Positions 1 to 12,480 of a stretch of DNA of 64,000 bases are shown in pieces. The DNA is taken from NCBI RefSeq assembly GCF_006345805.1, contig NC_043004.1, forward strand, positions 24,118,001 to 24,182,000, written 5' to 3'. A model generated the notes under the pieces. The model made no database searches. It was not told the DNA's origin and saw only the letters and a program-made list of their open reading frames with translations. This stretch comes from Octopus sinensis. Its lineage: Eukaryota. The translations under genes and the position numbers were made by a program. Positions within the stretch are counted from its first letter, which is position 1, and each line of letters opens with the position of its first letter.

Positions 1-3
1 CTT

Positions 4-48
<45 letters not shown>

Positions 49-249
49 TAATTGAAAGAATTATCTTATTAAGGATAATTCGAAAGATAACCGATAACTG
101 GGTAGCAAATTCACATCAGAAAGAACACGGTTGAAGCTACGTCCCTAGGGCATAGACTACGTATCTTCGTGCGGAAATTTGTATGTTTATCTTAAAATTA
201 TAAGTATATGAAAGAATGGAGTTGAAGGACTAGTTAACAAATATCCTTT

Positions 250-334
250 ATTCTCGACATATGTTTCGAAGGCTGCATATTCCTAATTCCGAAGGAATAA
301 GGAGTACATTATGCAGATTTCTCATCAGGAAAAT
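250..334 (-). ncRNA. Type I hammerhead ribozyme motif, inverted copy
   Basis: Reverse complement of the left arm gives the same core, helices and GUC triplet (cleavage between 256 and 255). Helix II includes CTGCATA/TATGCAG. Confidence 0.8.
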
Positions 335-408
335 CAAGGAACTTATGTCGACATCAAAATGCACAAAAAACTTTTACCTGACGGCTCTCAAGGAGCCCAT
401 GACGATAA

Positions 409-493
409 ATTTTCCTGATGAGAAATATGCATAATGTACTCCTTATTCCTTCGGAATTAGGAATATGCAGCCTTCGAAACATATGTCGAGAAT
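409..493 (+). ncRNA. Type I hammerhead ribozyme motif, predicted cleavage after GUC at 487
   Basis: ATTTTC(409-414)-CTGATGA(415-421)-G...C helix II (422-475)-GAAAC(476-480)-ATAT-GTC|GAGAAT. Helix I ATTTTC/GAGAAT pairs; helix III is the palindrome ACATATGT. Confidence 0.8.
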
Positions 494-569
494 AAAGGAT
501 ATTTGTTAACTAGTCGTTCAACTCCATTCTTTCATATACTTATAATTTTAAAATAAATATATATATATA

Positions 570-1620
570 TTCTCTCAGACATTTCACTCCGGTGATAGAC
601 ATTTCTTCAGCCTAGTACTTATTTTATCGGTCCGCTTTACCTAACAGCTATGTTACAGTGAGGTAAACACACCAACAAGCGGTGGGGGGAGGGGGACAAA
701 CACATGCACAAACACATACACACACATACACACATAAAAGGTGTGGTAGATAAACTGTTATCGAAATTGAGCAAAAAGGAAAATAACACTGACATCTCAT
801 TTTAGCTGATATACTTACAAAACTTACATTAAACTTTCTTGAAATACTAAAATGTAAATTTATTCCTTAAAACGCCATTGGCTTCAACCAGGGCCTTCAG
901 ACGAAGCTGGAATCTGCTGCAACTCTTCTGGACGGTCTCCTTGTTAAGTTGTAGAATATTGCCATAATATTGCCATAATCCTTGGTGTTATAGGGAGTTT
1001 TGTTGGTCTCTCGCTCACCTGCGGCCCACACATAATAATCTAGGATGTTGCAGTCTGGGGAATTAGGTGGCCAGATGTTAGGGGTGATGTGGTCGCAGAA
1101 ATTGTCTGACAGTCATGACTGGGTTCTCCTGCTTGTGTAGCATTGTGCACAGTCCTGTTGCCAGACATAGGGTCTTCCAGCAGCCACCCACTTGACTGTC
1201 GGCATCACTAACTCCTCCAAGAACTGGATGTAAGACTTCGTGTTGAGTCTGAGGCCGTGTTGGAAGATGAATGGAGGCATAACGTCGCCATCACTAGTAA
1301 TTACTCCAAACACCATGATGTTGACTGGATGTTTGATTTTTATCACTCTCGGTACATATCCTCAGATAGTATTTTCCTCAGATTTACACGCAAATACTCT
1401 GAAATGTTCGTATTGGTGCGTCGGGTGCCGAATACCATATATATATATTTTCCAAATTTCTGGCAGAGCGAATTGCGTCATGGTGCTGTTCTTCACATAG
1501 AAGGTGCCCAATTATTTCTGCTATACTGTGTAGACGTCAAAATTAAAAAGAAATAATGCGCATGCGCGAAATCAAAAATATAAAATGGCGACAATTTACC
1601 CATCACATACTGTGTGTGTG

Positions 1621-1652
<32 letters not shown>

Positions 1653-1688
1653 GTTAAATACGATAGGCTTCTTTCAGTTTCCGTTCAC
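570..1688 (-). mobile_element. Degenerate composite SINE interrupted by a maT transposon in its internal microsatellite
   Basis: 3' half at about 570-720 (cctagtacttattttatcggt...acaccaacaagcggtgggggg) and start of the 5' half at about 1660-1688 (acgataggcttctttcagtttccgt) match the intact copy at 21657-22083. Confidence 0.65.
737..1612 (-). mobile_element. Deleted Tc1/mariner element, maT (DD37D)-like transposase remnant
   Basis: ORF 1113-1346 reads KHPVNIMVFGVITSDGDVMPP...RPYVWQQD and continues past a TGA as LSDNFCDHITPNIWPPNSPDCNILDYYVW. Imperfect TIRs at 737-762 and 1587-1612; TA at 735-736. Confidence 0.85.
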
Positions 1689-2630
1689 CTGCGCCTTTAT
1701 ATATATATATATACACATATATTTATTTATGTTTATATATGTGTGTGTGTGTGTCTATGCGTGAGTGTATACACGCGTATACCCAAGTATGCAAACATTG
1801 ACCTGCAGTAATTAAATCACCTTGAGAGAGATGCAACATAAGTTAGGTTCATATACCAACTACGTTATATAATTCGATTAAAGAGGTAGACGATTTGCGT
1901 GATTAGTTTGAGAATATATATAATTTGAAGCACAGAACATGGTATTTCAACCACAGAATACAGATAGATTATTATTAACATCACAATAACTGGCTACAAA
2001 TTTGTTTTTGACACTAATTAATTCAAGCGTTCTTAAATTATGTGGAAATTCCTTTGAGCTATAAAATGTGTGACTGAATGTCTGCATCAACTGCTTTCAA
2101 ATCTATTCGTTTATTGTTCATCTATTCACTCCTTAAGACAACCAACTGCTTACTAAATTTTCTTATCAACGATCTTACAATTTCATACAAATACTAATAT
2201 TCTAATACGTACTCCTACAAGGAGAATATAGTTTACAGAGGTGTTAGTTCAATTGGTTGAACGCCTGCTTTGTACTGGAACAAAATCCGACTTCCTTATT
2301 TAATTTTCGAGGTAGTATCTACGCCTCGCATGAAATGCTAGAAGAAGCAGTTTATATTTGAAAATATACTAGATTGCATAATGTAGTCCAACACATATCG
2401 CCTCTGAACGGAAAGGTTAATTAGAGACTATATTGTGAAGGTTTGGCAGGTATTTCGATTTCAGTCAATCTATCTATCTATCTATCTATCTATCGAAAAC
2501 CTACCCCTTGTTTTTTCTTTTTCTTTCTTTCTTTTTTTTCTCCCCAAAAAGAAAAGCTCTACATTATAATTTGTTCCCTCTGTGTTCATCTCTGTGTGGC
2601 TAATAAAGAAACATATCTATCTATCTATCC

Positions 2631-2705
<75 letters not shown>

Positions 2706-2720
2706 ATCTAGCTATCCATG

Positions 2721-2801
<81 letters not shown>

Positions 2802-3759
2802 TGTGTGTGTGTAAGTAAACATATATGAATGTATGTATGTATGTATGTATATGTATATAGAGAAAACTTTGATAAATTCAGTTATTATAAAGAACAATTT
2901 TAGATCGTATTCTTCGTCTCTGCGGGAGCATCAAAGGGAAAGAAAGAGAGAGCGGGAAAGATGGTCGCAGAGAGGATAGAAATACGTCACACTGATCACC
3001 ACTTTCTTAGGATACAGTGTGTAATCTTCAATAAATACGTGCTGCTATTTTGATAGACTCGTGAATATATATATTGTTGTCTCTCTCAGCTTCCAAATAA
3101 TTTTTGTCCGTGTGTTTATCTATGTGTATATGCGTCTGTGTACATCGCCTGCATATACATGTCCGTATATATATTTTTCAGTTACGTTGACATTTCTGTG
3201 CGTTTTACCATATTCAGGCGACTAATTTGTCGAAGGAACGATGTGCTTTCTGTTGCCAACATTGAAATAGAAATAGAAATACGCCTGGAAATGAAAAAGA
3301 AAAAAATCGATGTATGGGTCTAAAAGTTAGAATTGTCACTGTTCCAATTATTCTATGCCTCTCAGTTATATGAACCGTGTGATTTATAAAAGCTAAGACA
3401 TTATGCTATGTTTATAACAATATATTTTCAAGATATGCAATAAGCATACTCTCGGTTGATTTTATCGTTAGCTGTTATTTCTCGGAGTTAAACAATCCTC
3501 ACCGTCTCTGTGGTTGACAGTTGGTTCAAACTTTGGAAAGTATCCCTCCTAAAATGTATTAATGTATTGGATATTTTCAAATGTTCAAAATTTCGGTCAA
3601 TACACAAACTAAAAACGGAAGAATATAATAATCCGTCCTAATAATTATTCTCGAGAAATGAATGCAATACATTCAGTGAACTGGCCGGTAACTATTTACT
3701 GCCTAAGTCTCTAACCAGCCAACAACCTCTACCACTGACCATACAGTTATCCTTTCCTC

Positions 3760-4900
3760 TCAACAGGTTATTAGCTGTTCCAGTTACCGAGGAACTGCCT
3801 ATATTACTGATCAGACAAATGTCTATAACATTGATCAACCAATTTTCTCTACCACTGTTCAATAAATTGTCTGAATGTACCTTCGGTCAAGAGATTATCT
3901 GTGCGATTGTTCAAATGTCTATTACTAATCAAAGAACTCTTAATATCCTTGCCCATTTGTCTATATAAGAGATCAGAGAAGGCAATTATTTATATCACAG
4001 ATCAAGCAAATGGTATACCATTGTTTAAGTAACTGCCTGTTAATATCTCTGATAAAACAATTGTTTCTCTATACCACCAGTCGGACAATTTTATACAGTT
4101 GATCAAGCAGCTGCTTACACTATTGATCAGGCAACTACTTTCTTTATCACTGATCATGCAACTATCTAAACTACTCTTCAGAAATTATCAATAATACTGA
4201 TCAACCAATTATCTGTCTATCCCACTGATCATACAGTTAGGCAATTGCCTCTACGACTCATAGGCAACTGTCTATAATATGGGTTAGGCAACTCTCTGAT
4301 TATTCCACAGATTAAGCAGCAGTTTACCGCCTGATCAAAAAGCTGTCAATACCACAAATCCGACAGCTAATCGGGCAACTCTAATCGGGCAATTGTCAGT
4401 ACTACTCATCAGAAACCTCTCTAAACCACTGATCATGCAGTCTTCTACACTACACATCAGACAATAATTTATTCTTTTAATAGAGAAACTGTGTTTGCCA
4501 CTTTTTAGGCAACTGTATGTATATACATCATTAGAGTACTATTTCCAATAAGGTAGTTGTCTACACCACCATTCAGGCAATTTACTATGCCACTCACTGA
4601 TCAGACACCCGTCTACTTCATCAGGCGATTGTCTGCACCATTATTCAGGCAAATGCTCATACTACAGATCAGGCAACTGTCCGATCCATTTATGACCACA
4701 ATTGTTTAAACCACTGATCAGGCAATTTTCTATGCATATCATTGTTCAAATATGTCTATACTATTATTCATGTACCTTTATAAGCAATTGATCAACCAAC
4801 TTACGATACATCACACAGCTGCCGATGCCGCTGGGCTTACTCAAGAAATAGCCTATACGACTGACAAGCCAGTTCTATGTACTATTGTCCAGGCAACATA
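3760..4900. repeat. Old degenerate minisatellite of about 24 bp, consensus near CCACTGATCAGGCAACTGTCTATA
   Basis: Recurrent TGATCA-GCAA cores, e.g. GATCA at 4101, 4125 and 4152; near-consensus unit at 4711-4734. Confidence 0.75.
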
Positions 4901-6584
4901 TTGAAACTCGAATACTATATACATTCTCTATAAATATATTAGACTCTAAATTACACACTATGAATAATGGCGAAAATAAAGTATGAGTAAATTACGTAAT
5001 AGTTAGGTATATATAGAATAAAATATAGCAATACTTGATGTCATTAATGTTTGACGTAATGCTTTAGTTGATTAACTTCCGAGCCAATATGTAGACATGT
5101 TTATCAAACAAACTGACAATAGAAATTAGTCGTTCCTATAAATGTTTTGTTCATTACACACACGAAACATTATATTGCATATTAGTTACATCCCAAAATG
5201 TATAAATCGTATTCGAAGTACTAGGTATATTAAACTATGTTCTATGTGAACTACAAGCGAACATTAATTAGTGGGAATCATATTAGCAAGAGATTATATA
5301 TTACAATTTTTAATGAAGTGGAATAGATTATTCAGACATTTCTAGAATTAGCTTCATCGCTATTTTGGAACCAAATTATCACTAAGATGTTATTTCTATT
5401 CTTCGACAACCATTGCGGTATTGTGGGAATTCTATATATTGCACAGTAATTTATACAACTGTTCTAGTCATTTGTTCTGTATCCACTTCACAACAAACAT
5501 TGTCTAAACAGGTAACTGTAAATCAATCAGAAAATAGATTTGAAGGTACGATCGTTACACTGCTGTGTAATTTTCAAATATGCAACACTTCTGTAACGCG
5601 GAGGATGTCAATACTTTATAATAATGTATGAAACTAAAAGATAATAAAGCAAGAAACTATAAAGTTGTGTGCGTGTTATAAAATTATATCTATTGTTTGG
5701 TTAATGAGCTGGTCAAGATTTTTGACAACTCTTGTAACCGTTCCTGATATTCTGGTATTAAAGCATCTTTTTTTATCCCCAGGCTAGCTTTCATCGAGCT
5801 GACTTGCTATCAAAGATGTTCCAGTCTCTATATATATTATTTAATTAATCGTCTTAAATAAAGTATTCTTTCTTTATTTAAGATGTGAGGATGTGTACAG
5901 AAAGAAATCTGTCTGCTTTTTTTCTGTCATGTTAAGTAACCAATTATAGGTTTGAACAGTAACCTAAGTAAAGTATGGAGTTGATTGCTGTACTGGCATT
6001 AAAAAGTAATTCATACCTGTCACCTACGTGTTATTTTTAACAGAAACAAACAGAACATTAGAACAATGTGTTGCTAGTTACTGAAGATTGAAAACAAAGT
6101 ATTAAGATGCATCAAATACAAACGTTCCAAGTACAAATTTGACAGTTTCCATTAACTTCGATATTCTTCTCTTCAATTATACAAATAAATATACTGGCTA
6201 TATATACTGGTTAGATTGACAACTCTAGCCATGAATTACATAAGTTCTTTTTGAAGGTGCTTTCTGATTCTTGCTGTGGTGCAAACTCCACGTAAAGAGC
6301 ACTGAAGGGGATATCTTAGGAGAAGTCTTCTTTGAAAACTATATTTCATATATATATAACACTGTCAGGTCGATTATGATTGAAGTCATTCCGATGTATT
6401 GAGAAAAATTCTGGGTATATAAATAATCATGACTATGGAGCGAAATCGAGAACATTGTCTTTCATATTATTCTGCAATGGTACAGAGCAAAGTGCATATA
6501 GGTGAACACACAATTTCAGACTCCCCTGATTCTGGACAATTGAATATGATAAATATATATGCGCGCGTGCGTGTATATATGTGT

Positions 6585-6653
<69 letters not shown>

Positions 6654-7031
6654 TATGCATGCATACTTATGTGTACGCATATATGCATATATCTCTGTGT
6701 GTGTATGTATATATATATATATACATATATATGCACATGCGTGTGTGTGTGTTTATGTATACAAATATGCATACTTAGTACATGCATACATACATATAAA
6801 CACACGCACGCACATAGAAACACACACAATTATGAGTCCGTAATGGGCTTTAATATTTTGCTCCATGGTTTGTCAGTTAATTTTCTTGAGAATAAATGTG
6901 TGTAATAGTGTATACCTTGGATATCATTCTATAATTAAAACATTGCTTCTTTTAAAGGCTATTTATGTTGATTGTTACAGAATAAAATTATAGGCGTAGA
7001 CATAGCACTAATTTTTTAGTTACTTCGATTA

Positions 7032-7088
<57 letters not shown>

Positions 7089-7443
7089 TATATTATTCAA
7101 AAAAATTCCAACTCTGTTTTTTATGTTTTATTTATATTCTCTATAATATTAATGTAGAATATAGAATATACAGTATAAATAATATGTATATAATAAGATG
7201 AAATGAAGTATTGTCTTATTGAATAGATGGAATATTGAAAATAAAATATAAAATATTAAGGGACTAGTATACTTTCTTGCATTATAGCAGTCTACAAGGT
7301 CCCAGATTGTGACAGGAGTATACGTACATATATATATATAAAACTTAGATAAAACTTAGATATGTTTCGACCAGAGATTGGTCCAGGCCATGTCTAACTT
7401 AATAGCACCACCTGATAGGATTATTCGAATCCTGTTTAAGTCA

Positions 7444-7529
7444 AGTTTTGTTCAAGTAGTGAGTTCTTGTTGGGTGACTTGTATCCAGTTTTGTTCAAGT
7501 AGTGAGTTCTTGTTGGGTGAGTTATATCC
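7444..7529. repeat. 43-bp tandem duplication at the LINE ORF2 C-terminus
   Basis: Units 7444-7486 and 7487-7529 (agttttgttcaagtagtgagttcttgttgggtga...), about 2 mismatches. Confidence 0.9.
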
Positions 7530-9881
7530 AATTATGGGTGGCTTATCTGGTATTCTTTGAAGGAATCTATCCAGACTCTGTTTGAAGTTGATGGGATCCT
7601 TTTCCTCTTTGATCTCCCTCGGGACAATGTTAAATAGGGCAGGGCCTGTTGAGGAAAAGAAATTATGTTGCAGTGTACATGTATGTTGTGATCTTGAATT
7701 TGGCAGGGGACGTATAGCCCGTGGTCCAAGTCTCGGATGAACCTTGAAGCTAATGTTTAGGTCGTTTGGGCAAAGTTGGCGGTATATTTTCCACATCGTA
7801 CAAATGATGTACCGCTCACGGCGACGCTGGAGGGAGTAAAGTTTCAAGGCTTTAAGGCGATCCCAATAGTCGAGAGCAGCCATGCCTTCAATTTGTTTAG
7901 TGAGAGCCCTCTAGGGTGACTCAATTCTGGAGATGTTTTGTCTTGTGTGAGGAGACCACAGTGGGCAGCAGTATTCAAGATGTGGCCGTACAAAGGATGA
8001 AAAAAGTGGTATGATGACACCTTGTTCTCTGGACCGGAAAGTTCTTAAGATCCAGGAACTCATCCTACGAGCTGTATCGACCTTCTTGTTGATGTGTGCA
8101 CTCCAACTGAGATCGTCATCAACAATTACACCCAGGTCTCTGATATTGTTAGAGGTTGTGAGCGGTTCCCCTGAAGGAAGAGAGTATGGTTGTTTTAGTG
8201 AGGAATTTCTTCCAAAATGCATCAGCTCAAATTTTCCCTCATTCAGTTGCATTTTGTTTCTGTCTGCCCATTGACTCACAGCATATAGGTCAGACTGGAG
8301 TTGAGTTCGGTCTGCTTCTTCATTGACGATTTGCTGGAGCTTAGTGTCATCAGCGAATATTTTCACTTTGCAGTGATGTACGACACTGGAAAGGTCGTTT
8401 ACATAAATTATGAAGAGTAGCGGACCCAAAACAGTTCCCTGGGGAACACCGCTGGTGACTTTTGCTGGGTTTGAGTGGACTCCATCAACTACAACATGTT
8501 GTGTTCTATTCGCTAGGAAATACTGAATCCAGTGTAGAACTTTTCCACGGATTCCAACATTTGCCAATTTTGAGAGTAGGATGTTATGGTCTAATCTGTC
8601 GAACGCTTTACTGAAGTCAAGGTATATGACGTCAGAGTTCGAACCTGTTCCCAAGGCTTTGAGTACATCTTCAATGTGGTGTAAGAGCTGTGTTAGACAG
8701 TCCCTGCCACAGCGAAAGCCATGCTGATTTGAATTTAGGAGTTTGTGGGTCTCCAGGAAGTCAGCTATCCTTGATCTTAACACTCTTTCAAACACTTTAA
8801 TGATGTGGGAGGTGAGTGAGATTGGGCGATAGTTGACTGCGAGGGATCTGTTTCCCTGTTTGAAAACCGGGATGACCGACTGGGATAGAAACTTTTTCGG
8901 TATATAACCTGCGTCTAACGAGTTTCTCCAGAGGTTGGTCAGAGGGACTGCAAGTTGATATCTACATTCCTTCAGGAGACTGGCGGGAAATCTATCAGGG
9001 CCTACAGCAGAGTAATGTTTGACCTCATTTATTGCTGCTACGATGTCGGTGGCAGTGAAGGTTATGTCTGCGATTTTGTGTTGGGAGTCAGCTTCGTTCG
9101 TTTCCCTCACATCAATATCAGTGGGAACACTGAAGACAGAGCAATATTGTTTCTGCAGTATTTCTGCCATTTCTTTAGCATCGTGTTGGGGAATGCCGTT
9201 TTCATCAATCAATGGCCCAATAGGTGAGACAGTGGTTCTATGCTTATTTGCATAAGAATAGAACACTTTTGGGTTCTGTTTGATGTTTTTGATTACCCAT
9301 TGTTCCTCCACAGCTCTTTGATTTTCAATGGAGGTTTTCATGTTAGTCTGCAGATGAAGTTTTTCCAGCTCTAGTCTTTTCAATGTTGTTGAATGTGGAT
9401 GTTGCGTGTGGGAATATTTTAATTGGTTGATTTTTTTGTTGAGTCTTTTGATGCGCCTGATGAGTGTTTTTTTTTTCTTTTTAGGGAGCCGGTTTCTGTT
9501 TGTGTTAGTAGATTTCTTGGGAGCGTGTTTAGAGCATGTGTCGGTGACAATGGTTTCAAAGTGCTGCCACGCGGTCTCAATATGAGGGGAATTGAGAGTA
9601 AAAGACCAGTCGATGGAAGACAGATCCTTTCTGATTGTACCCCAGTCCGCTTTGTGGAAATTTTTGTTGTCAAATGGGTGCCATGGAGTGGGATTGGCTG
9701 GTTTGGTTTTTATACGTCGGGAATTAAGATTGCAGAGTACCATGTCGTGGTCTGAGAGGAGAGTTTTTTCGACTGAAATGCTGTGAACGTAGCTAGAGTG
9801 ATTGGTCAGTACCAGATCCAAGATCGTTTTATTCTGTCTCGTTGGTTCAAGCACTAGCTGAGTCAGGAAATACTCATCCAT
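7452..9881 (-). pseudogene. LINE ORF2 (end of APE endonuclease plus reverse transcriptase) with one in-frame TAG at 7911-7913
   Basis: Motifs LTQLVLEPTR..LDLVLTN, YRPISLTS, YLDFSKAFD, GVPQGTVLGPLLF, FADDTK, RPHLEYC. ORFs 7911-9881 and 7452-7883 are in the same frame, joined by 9 codons (RALTKQIEG). Confidence 0.95.
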
Positions 9882-9939
9882 CAGATTAAAGAGCAGTTCT
9901 GCTGCTGCCCTATCTGATGTAGAGCACTTGCCTAACTTG

Positions 9940-9942
<3 letters not shown>

Positions 9943-10037
<95 letters not shown>

Positions 10038-10038
10038 A
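9943..10038. repeat. (TA)n microsatellite at the LINE 5' truncation point
   Basis: Direct reading. Representative of dozens of (TA)n, (CA)n and (TATC)n tracts in the window. Confidence 0.99.
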
Positions 10039-12255
10039 CATGATGAGAAGCAGAAATTAATAATCGCAGCTTCAAGAACCGAATGTCAAGAATTTTGAAG
10101 TCACTTGTAGATAAATCTTCTACAGCTAACGTAAAATATAATCAATAATAACAATGATGATGATGATGATGATGACGACGACAACGACGGCAGTGGTGAT
10201 GGTGAATAATATTGGTGGTTGGTGGTTATGATGATGACTACGACGACGATGATTATGATGATGATGACGATGGTGATGAAGATGATGTGAGTTTGTTTTG
10301 CATTTGAATTTTTCTTGCATTGATATCTGAATTCTGTACAAGGTATGGTGCCTCTTCTACCACATTAACAAAACCTAAATATACAAAAAGCATATTTACT
10401 CCTGGTGTTGTTATATCCTTATTTTTCGTGTTCATTTCATACTTTTCTACTGATATTGATTTTACATTCTTCGATTCTCTGCTTCTTTGATAATCCATTC
10501 TTTCTTCTTGGAACTAAGGTGAATTTCATTTCTTCTGTTTTTTTTTTTTATATTGCATCTAGTCATACAAAATTGTATTATATATGTTTATATTTTTCGT
10601 AATTCTTGTATCCAACCAAGTTATCATTCTTTGTTCACTCTCCTGTGTTATATTTAGTCTTCATTATGTCGAAACATTTGCATGCAAGATGAAATAATTA
10701 ATAAACAAAGCAACACCATCAACAAAAGATGCTAAAATGAAACGATGTTTCACAATAAATATGTTTTATTTTATTTGAAACGATTTTATAATCAGGAACT
10801 TAATTATATCAGTTATAATTATGTCAGAACCTAATTATAACTGGCATAACATAATTAATACCCATTACATAATGACAGGTTAACATCACTCACTACCATA
10901 TCAGCTAATGCCATAGCCCCGTAGTCTTTGTGGAATTGTAGGCGCGCTGGCGTAACATATAGCGGAGGCAATTTTTTGTCATCTCTAATCAGAGCCCAGA
11001 TTCAATTTCTTCCGGAAGGTGAGAAAAAGATTGAGAGAAAAATCTAAGGGAACAAAAGAATCAACGTCGATATAGAAGGAACTGGTACTTTATTTATCGA
11101 TCTTTGTGTGTTGATGAAAGGCCAGGCCGACCCAAGCCAGATTTCAAAACACACTAGGATAAATTTCTCTCTGAAATACCAGATGAACACACATCGTGGC
11201 AGGAGACACAGAAAAGAGCAGCTCCCTCCAGCTAGATTCTTTACCAAAGGCAGTACATAATGGAGATTCAAAAACACCGAAAGGCGGTGCTCCAGCATGG
11301 CCCCGTCCTCTAGCTGTCACGAAGAGGAAGAATAAAAGATTGAAAGAATAAATACCATAACGATATGAATCTTCTACCATGATTCTTCCGAAATTCCGGC
11401 GACTAAAATGGTGCTTTAATACAAATTATGATAGATGTCCCCTTTCGAATATAATGCTCACAATATTCGAAAATTAGAGAGCAAAACTCATGCGATTTTT
11501 AAACCAATATCCTATCGTCTTATTGCTGAAGATTTTTGCCACATGAAGGTAACAAGTATCGCCAGTACTAGAATTTTTTTTTTCTTCTTTACCTTTTGAA
11601 AACCGAAACTAAATTTTTAGACTATCTGAAAGCATTAACTGATGACAAGTGATATTTCAAAATATTTGTGTTTGTGGGAGAATACTATGGTCAATTCCAA
11701 CGAGAGTTATATCAACAGAAATATCTCTTAGCAAAATGAAACATAGTAAACGACACTTTTGAGGTCTAACATGTCACAAGCCCGGGCTGTTGATGTAGCA
11801 AGTTTCAGAAATTGATTTAAACAAATACTATTTTGCAGATTAAAAAAAAAAAAAATAACTAGAAAAGGTCATTTCATTAAGTGATTGACTTAGGTTGTCT
11901 TTTTTTATGAATTATATTATCATTGCTTGGTTATTTGGTAATTCAATAAATGATCTACGAAAATTTATACACCATTCTATTCAAACATCTTCGCATTATC
12001 CATCATGTTCAATGATGCCATACTAACCATTCAAAAATGTAATCGATGGCGCATAATTTTTTAGCAAAGACTATGTACATCAACAGCATATTTCTTTTCG
12101 GATTTAAGGATTATTGGGATCTTTGATACTCAATTCTGGCAATGTCGATTTTCCTACACACGGATGTCCCAGAACAGTGTTGTTTTAGCGAGCAAATTTT
12201 CTCTCTAAAGTAAGGATCGGTATAGTCATACAAACATACATACATGCATACAACC

Positions 12256-12319
<64 letters not shown>

Positions 12320-12321
<2 letters not shown>

Positions 12322-12480
12322 CGTTTTTGGGTTTGGTTTGCAAGATACTTTATATGAGTTCGTGTGTTGAAGCATATTCTGTTGTGTCTGGGGAGAGTCA
12401 TTTTCTTTTTGTGCCTTATTATTTAACACACTCACCGGTAAAATTTCCAATTTTTTCTTATTTTTTATTGTCCTAAAATT
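12320..12480. mobile_element. Dispersed repeat fragment, Penelope-like terminus family
   Basis: gagagtcatt..cttt..gtgccttattatttaacacactcacc.gtaaa is shared with about 61478-61530; abuts (TA)n. Confidence 0.6.

Larger units (their letters stand above)
186..557. repeat. Long inverted repeat: arms 186-334 and 409-557, 74-bp loop; probable inverted Penelope-like terminal repeat pair
   Basis: Arms are reverse complements over 149 bp without indels and with about 3 mismatches by manual alignment; (TA)n follows the right arm. Confidence 0.95.
7341..9942 (-). mobile_element. 5'-truncated non-LTR retrotransposon of the CR1/L2 group
   Basis: RT ORF2, a 3' stem-loop, a terminal (TAAGTTTTATC)x2 repeat at 7341-7362, and (TA)n on both flanks. 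Confidence 0.95.

Noticed and set aside
3760-4900. 24-bp array as a CRISPR array
   Set aside because: Units are contiguous and degenerate with no unique spacers, there are no cas genes, and the context is eukaryotic.
7355-7395. LINE tail GACCA/TGGTC-GAAACATATCT as a hammerhead
   Set aside because: There is no CUGANGA upstream; it is better explained as the LINE 3' recognition stem-loop.
8011-9786. Plus-strand ORFs overlapping the LINE
   Set aside because: Antisense shadows of the long RT reading frame.
9929-9942. 14-mer GCAAGTTAGGCAAG also found at about 48846
   Set aside because: A 14-base match is expected by chance in 64 kb, and here it lies in the open LINE frame.
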